Assembly (NCBI GenBank): GCA_019894975.1
Contig: JAGXNO010000049.1
Location: 1-21,630, forward strand
Reading direction: 5' to 3'
From: Promethearchaeota archaeon
GTDB lineage: Archaea > Asgardarchaeota > Lokiarchaeia > Sigyniarchaeales > SOKP01
Length of the DNA stretch: 21,630 nucleotides
Shown here one piece after another: positions 17,551 to 21,630 of the stretch. The position numbers were made by a program, and so were the translations under genes. The notes beneath the pieces were generated by a model that saw nothing but the letters and a program-made list of their open reading frames with translations, did no database searches and was not told where the DNA came from. The first letter of the stretch is position 1; every line of letters begins with the position of its first letter.

Positions 17551-17766
17551 ATGGCAGGTTCAGAATATATAAGTTGGAGTCCTATTAGAAGATTAATGAG
17601 ACATAATGGGGCTCTTATTGTTGCTCGTGATGCTGTAAATGAATTGGTTGATTGGTTGGGTTCATCTGCTGAGAAACTGACAAAAACAGCGTTAACATTA
17701 ACAAAACACTCAAAACGTAAAAAGATTACTCGGAATGATATCCTTTTAGCTATTAAATACTTCTAA
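17551..17766 (+). CDS. Archaeal histone (CBFD/NFYB/HMf fold), tail-less, 71 aa
   Basis: SPIRRLMR-HNGA-xV-xxDAV...A...KHSKRKKITRNDILLA is a histone-fold pattern. GGAGG RBS before ATG 17551, so GTG 17536 is rejected as the start. T-rich terminator downstream. Confidence 0.92.
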   Translation: MAGSEYISWSPIRRLMRHNGALIVARDAVNELVDWLGSSAEKLTKTALTLTKHSKRKKITRNDILLAIKYF

Positions 17767-17798
17767 ATAGGTAAAAGGCACAAAAATTTATATTTTAA

Positions 17799-17822
17799 AT
17801 TTTTTTTCTTTTTTTCTTTTTT
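17799..17822 (+). terminator. T-rich terminator after the histone gene
   Basis: About 22 T in 24 nt, in three runs split by single C, between the histone and the convergent OYE gene. Confidence 0.6.
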
Positions 17823-18951
17823 AATTCGATAATTTTTTTTCTAAATTTTTTTTGGTAACGCAATATACTGGGCCACTTCTCATTACTACTAAGCAAGAGT
17901 TACAACTTGTGCATTTTGCTGGCGAAATATCGCCATTTTTCCACCGATTGGGTAAATCAGGTTCATATATCAAAGGACGACACATCGCAATGAAATCTGC
18001 GTGCTTTTCATTAAGTATTTTTTCAGTAGAGAGGGGATTTTTAATACCTCCCACCAGAATCAATTTTGTTTTATTCATTAGTGGTTTTATTATCTTTGCT
18101 GTGGATAAGAAATAGTTTTCATCCTCAGATGATTTAATCATTTTGGAGGGATATGGATTTTTATGAAATAATTGGCTTTCATAAATCCCCCCACTAGGTT
18201 CAATCGCATCATAACCCGTATCAGCAAGAATCTTTGCTATTTTTGAACTCGTTTCTAATGTAAGCCCCCCAGGTACTGAATCGTCAGTTTGGAGTTTGAT
18301 TGTAATAGGGAATTTTTTTCCAAGCTCATCTCTGATCTGATTGAAGATCTCTATAAGAATTTTAGCTTTATTTTCAAAACTTCCCCCAAACTCATCTCTA
18401 CGTCTGTTTGTATAAGGTGAAACAAAATTACTTAGAAGATAACCATGAGACGCGTGGAGTTGGACCATGTCATATCCGCATTCATAAGATCGAATAGCTG
18501 TTTCTTTAAATTTTTTAATTAATTGATAAATTTCTTCAATACTTAGTTCTTTTGGTGTTAAACCGGTGGTTTTTTCTGGAATTGGAGAAGGTGCAATAGG
18601 AGGGAACTTTGGATGCTCACATTGCCGTCCCAAATGAACAATCTGGATAGCCAGCTTAACATCTGGTTGATCATGAACTATTTCAACTAATTTTTTATGT
18701 CCTGGAATATAAGAGTCATTATCTAATCGGAGTTGATATGGACTTCCCGTGCCACTCGGATCTATTCCGGTAAATCCCGTGATAATTAAACCTGTTCCAC
18801 CACGTGCTAATTCATCATACATATCAAGTATTTTTTGACCAACATAGCCGTATTTTTCAGCTCTATGCTCAAAAGTAGCCGATCTGACAATTCTGTTCTT
18901 AATCTCTACATTTCCAATTTTTTGTGGGCTAAAAAGCGTTTTTAGTTCCAT
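17821..18951 (-). CDS. NADH:flavin oxidoreductase (old yellow enzyme family)
   Basis: LFSPQKIGNVEIKNRIVRSAT, GGTGLIITG, QLHASHGYLLSNFVSPYTNRRRDEFGGS, CRPLIYEPDLP and CTSCNSC. Start moved to ATG 18951 (GGTGA RBS), which removes the overlap with the methyltransferase. Confidence 0.94.
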   Translation of the reverse strand: MELKTLFSPQKIGNVEIKNRIVRSATFEHRAEKYGYVGQKILDMYDELARGGTGLIITGFTGIDPSGTGSPYQLRLDNDSYIPGHKKLVEIVHDQPDVKLAIQIVHLGRQCEHPKFPPIAPSPIPEKTTGLTPKELSIEEIYQLIKKFKETAIRSYECGYDMVQLHASHGYLLSNFVSPYTNRRRDEFGGSFENKAKILIEIFNQIRDELGKKFPITIKLQTDDSVPGGLTLETSSKIAKILADTGYDAIEPSGGIYESQLFHKNPYPSKMIKSSEDENYFLSTAKIIKPLMNKTKLILVGGIKNPLSTEKILNEKHADFIAMCRPLIYEPDLPNRWKNGDISPAKCTSCNSCLVVMRSGPVYCVTKKNLEKKLSN

Positions 18952-18976
18952 CTTTATCTTCACCAATTTGATTTGA

Positions 18977-19792
18977 TTATGTTCCTTTTGGTTTTTTTGC
19001 TTCAAACAATCCACTAATTCCCGTAATTTTGAATCTTGACCGTTTTTCAAGAATTTTTTCAATAGCTTTCTCAACTTCAACCTTATTTTCTTGAAAATCA
19101 GGTTTTTCTTCAATTGAAAACATTGATTCGATGTAGTTCATTAATGGATCAACGGAGCTAATATTTACTTCATTGATATACTCATAAAACTTAATTTCTG
19201 AGAAAAATGGCGTTAGGACTTCATTTCCAGTTTCATTTCTAAATTCACAGAAGAATTTGATCTTCATTTCTGAATATAATCCAAAGTCAGAAAGAAATTC
19301 TTTTAGTTCTTGTATATGCTTTTTACTAACTGTGGTAGTGATAAATCTGCCGCCTGGCTTCAATATTCGATTTACTGATGTAAGAGCTTTTTGGATATCT
19401 GGAATGTGATATAACATATGGCATCCTATTACCACATCAAAAGTCTGATTTGGGTATGGAATTTTTTCAGCATTAATGATTTCAAATTCTATGGGAAGAT
19501 TGAGTGGTTCCAGGTTTTCTTTAGCTTTATTGAGCATTTCTTCTGAAAAATCTGATATAGTAATTGAGCAAGTTGAAGGTATATTATTAAAATTTTCAAA
19601 CCATAACTTTCCTGTTCCACACCCCAATTCTAATACTCGTTCATATTCTTGAATTTGAATTTTTGAAAAAATCCACTCCTGTAATGATTCTGGATTTGAT
19701 CCATAGGACCAAAGATTAATTCGAGCATTCAAGTTTTGATGTGTTTTGTACTGCTGCTCAGCAAATTCTTTAATTCTATTCTTATTGTTCAT
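18977..19792 (-). CDS. Class I SAM-dependent methyltransferase
   Basis: VLELGCGTG motif I, DFSEEML, FDVVIGCHMLYH and RILKPGG. Confidence 0.93.
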   Translation of the reverse strand: MNNKNRIKEFAEQQYKTHQNLNARINLWSYGSNPESLQEWIFSKIQIQEYERVLELGCGTGKLWFENFNNIPSTCSITISDFSEEMLNKAKENLEPLNLPIEFEIINAEKIPYPNQTFDVVIGCHMLYHIPDIQKALTSVNRILKPGGRFITTTVSKKHIQELKEFLSDFGLYSEMKIKFFCEFRNETGNEVLTPFFSEIKFYEYINEVNISSVDPLMNYIESMFSIEEKPDFQENKVEVEKAIEKILEKRSRFKITGISGLFEAKKPKGT

Positions 19793-19835
19793 ATGGATGA
19801 AAAAATCCTACCTACCATTTTAAATTTGATTTTTT

Positions 19836-21299
19836 TTATTTAATTTTATTTAATGATGCTTTTAAGACATCCTCAAATTTATCACAGATATATTCAGCAT
19901 CCTCTTTGCTTATTACGATAGGAGGCTTGATTTTAATTAGATTGTGCATCAAAATTTTTCCAGTTGTAGTCATGTACGGCATGCTTGGACCAAATAGTAT
20001 GTTTTGTCTCATTCCCTCAGCAAGCATTTCATTCATTAATTCTGAGTGTGGTTCTCTACTTGTTTGATCCTTAACCATTTCGATACCAATAAATAATCCT
20101 GGTCCTCGAATATCTCCTATGACTTCATAATTTTCTTGAAGTTCTTTCAATCGTTTTGTTATTTGTTTACCTCGTTCCTCACAATTCTCTCCGTATTTAG
20201 CTTTCTCTATCACTTTTATGGATGCTAGCCCCGCTGTTAAACTTATTGGTGTATTACAAAAGGTTGTATGGTCTTCGGAAGGAGAGAAGCGCTTCCGTAT
20301 CTTTTTTGATGCAATCATAGCTCCGAGTGGAAATCCACCACCAATAGCTTTCGTAAAGCACATCATATCTGGTGACACATCGATATTTAATTCCTTCTCG
20401 TATCTCTCAGTGAGGGTAAAATATTTTCCAGTTCTCCATACTCCTGTTTGACACTCATCATATATCCTAAATATTTTTTCGTCATCACAGATCTCTTTTA
20501 ATTTCTCTAAATATTCCGGTGGGAAGGGTATGTGACCTCCAGGACCTTGATAAGGTTCAAGTAAGACAGCCGCTAATCTCCTTGAGGTTAAACCTGTTAA
20601 ATATTTATTTACTAATTCAAAACATTCCATACTACATTGGGGATCCTTATGGCCATACAATCCCTCCTTATAGTTCCACAGGCATCGATAACAATATGGT
20701 TGGGGAACTCTTGGGAACACATCAAGTCCAAATGGACGGAATCGTGTAACTGAGTGTATGGGATGTGAAGCGGTTATCATTGCTAAACTATTTCCATGAT
20801 ACGCTCCTTGAAATGTTAGTATTTGCTCACCTTCTTTTGAGGCTATTAATGAGAGTTTTATAGCAGCTTCGATGGCGGCACCTCCCCCAGAATTATTCAC
20901 GTGTACTCTTCCATCCTTTAATCTTCCCGGTGCTAACTCCGCTAATTTATTTACAAATTTTATTCTAGCTGGTGAAGTTCCACTTGATTTAACATGAGTT
21001 AGTCTTTTCATTTGTTCTGAAACAGCATAATTAATATCAGGATTAGCAAAACCTAAAGCTAGTACCCAATTTTGTGAGGTACAATCAAGCATTTCAGAAA
21101 ACTCTCCACTCTTGAGATTCTTCACTACAACCCAAGGAGATCCCGGTTCTTTTGCTTCGATAAATACATTAGATTCATAGTGAACATTTAGACAGTGCTC
21201 TTCAAAAAGTAGTAAATCTTCCTCATTAACTCCTGCCGAAATACTGCTTAATTCTTCTTTACTTATTATTTTTGGATTAAAATCTACCATGATCTTCAT
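19836..21299 (-). CDS. Class III PLP-dependent aminotransferase (4-aminobutyrate/acetylornithine aminotransferase-like)
   Basis: GAYHGNS, LEPYQGPGG, DECQTGVWRTG, PDMMCFTKAIGGGFPLG (PLP lysine) and DIRGPGLFIGIE. The start may be ATG 21290. Confidence 0.93.
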   Translation of the reverse strand: MKIMVDFNPKIISKEELSSISAGVNEEDLLLFEEHCLNVHYESNVFIEAKEPGSPWVVVKNLKSGEFSEMLDCTSQNWVLALGFANPDINYAVSEQMKRLTHVKSSGTSPARIKFVNKLAELAPGRLKDGRVHVNNSGGGAAIEAAIKLSLIASKEGEQILTFQGAYHGNSLAMITASHPIHSVTRFRPFGLDVFPRVPQPYCYRCLWNYKEGLYGHKDPQCSMECFELVNKYLTGLTSRRLAAVLLEPYQGPGGHIPFPPEYLEKLKEICDDEKIFRIYDECQTGVWRTGKYFTLTERYEKELNIDVSPDMMCFTKAIGGGFPLGAMIASKKIRKRFSPSEDHTTFCNTPISLTAGLASIKVIEKAKYGENCEERGKQITKRLKELQENYEVIGDIRGPGLFIGIEMVKDQTSREPHSELMNEMLAEGMRQNILFGPSMPYMTTTGKILMHNLIKIKPPIVISKEDAEYICDKFEDVLKASLNKIK

Positions 21300-21425
21300 A
21301 CCTTTTAAAACTCTTTAAATTAAAGATTACTTTATTCAAAAATCTAATCCTTCTTGGTAATTTCCTAGTTTTAATAAGCCATAGATTTAAAGAATAAACC
21401 TTTAAAAATTAAAACAATTCATATA

Positions 21426-21630
21426 ATGAAATTAGGAAATAAAGTAGAGGATATAGAAATGACAGAAGTAGATAAGAGTTATGAGCATATTCGTAAGTTA
21501 TTTAGTTCTGGATATGCAACACCCTTACCAAAACATGAACTCACATATAAATTAATCCGAAATATGTATCATGATGAAGAAGCATTAATGATTTTTTCAA
21601 GCTTCAAAGAAATTAAGGAATATCTTACTG
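21426..21630 (+). CDS. N-terminus of a gene running off the window; possibly a 4Fe-4S dicluster-domain protein
   Basis: Open frame MKLGNKVEDIEMTEVDKSYEHIRKLFSSGYATPLPKHELTYKLIRNMYHDEEAL... The YxxLR...P...KL...xxEEA pattern recalls that family, but no Cys motifs fall inside the window. Confidence 0.55.
   Translation, partial: MKLGNKVEDIEMTEVDKSYEHIRKLFSSGYATPLPKHELTYKLIRNMYHDEEALMIFSSFKEIKEYLT

Noticed and set aside
18952-19113. 54-aa Lys-rich N-terminal extension of the OYE ORF
   Set aside because: It overlaps the methyltransferase 3' end in another frame. Homology starts at MELKTLFSP (18951), which has a GGTGA RBS.
1997-20749. Antisense or alternate-frame ORFs (1997, 3493, 4654, 5273, 6418, 7940, 8094, 8985, 9216, 11446, 12899, 15736, 17852, 20218, 20519)
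   Set aside because: Each overlaps a well-supported gene and shows no recognisable motif; they are shadow ORFs.

Overview
AT-rich archaeal window, most consistent with Asgard archaea (Lokiarchaeia/Promethearchaeota). The assignment rests on a tail-less Loki-type histone, two surface proteins ending in a Loki-CTERM-like anchor, DUF211, GGTGA/GGAGG ribosome-binding sites and oligo-T terminators. Most genes are ordinary accessory or metabolic ones: glycosyltransferase C-terminus, ArsB/NhaD-type transporter, SRPBCC protein, VapBC-type pair, aldo/keto reductase, MDR oxidoreductase, CoA-binding ligase subunit, OYE flavin oxidoreductase, methyltransferase and class III aminotransferase. The standout is a tandem pair of LVIVD-repeat surface proteins. 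Each has exactly 14 ~42-aa blades (2 x 7), an Ig-like stalk and a C-terminal anchor, with a near-constant scaffold, two hypervariable segments per blade and DNA tracts shared out of register between the genes. This is a candidate diversifying surface-receptor system. The intergenic gaps hold items the ORF track misses: a 32-aa zinc-ribbon microprotein, a decayed chaperonin-like + TIR-like fusion, a tRNA-like remnant, a frameshifted ORF and a 40-bp copy of the SRPBCC gene inside a permease-like remnant. All family calls come from recalled motifs; no searches were run.
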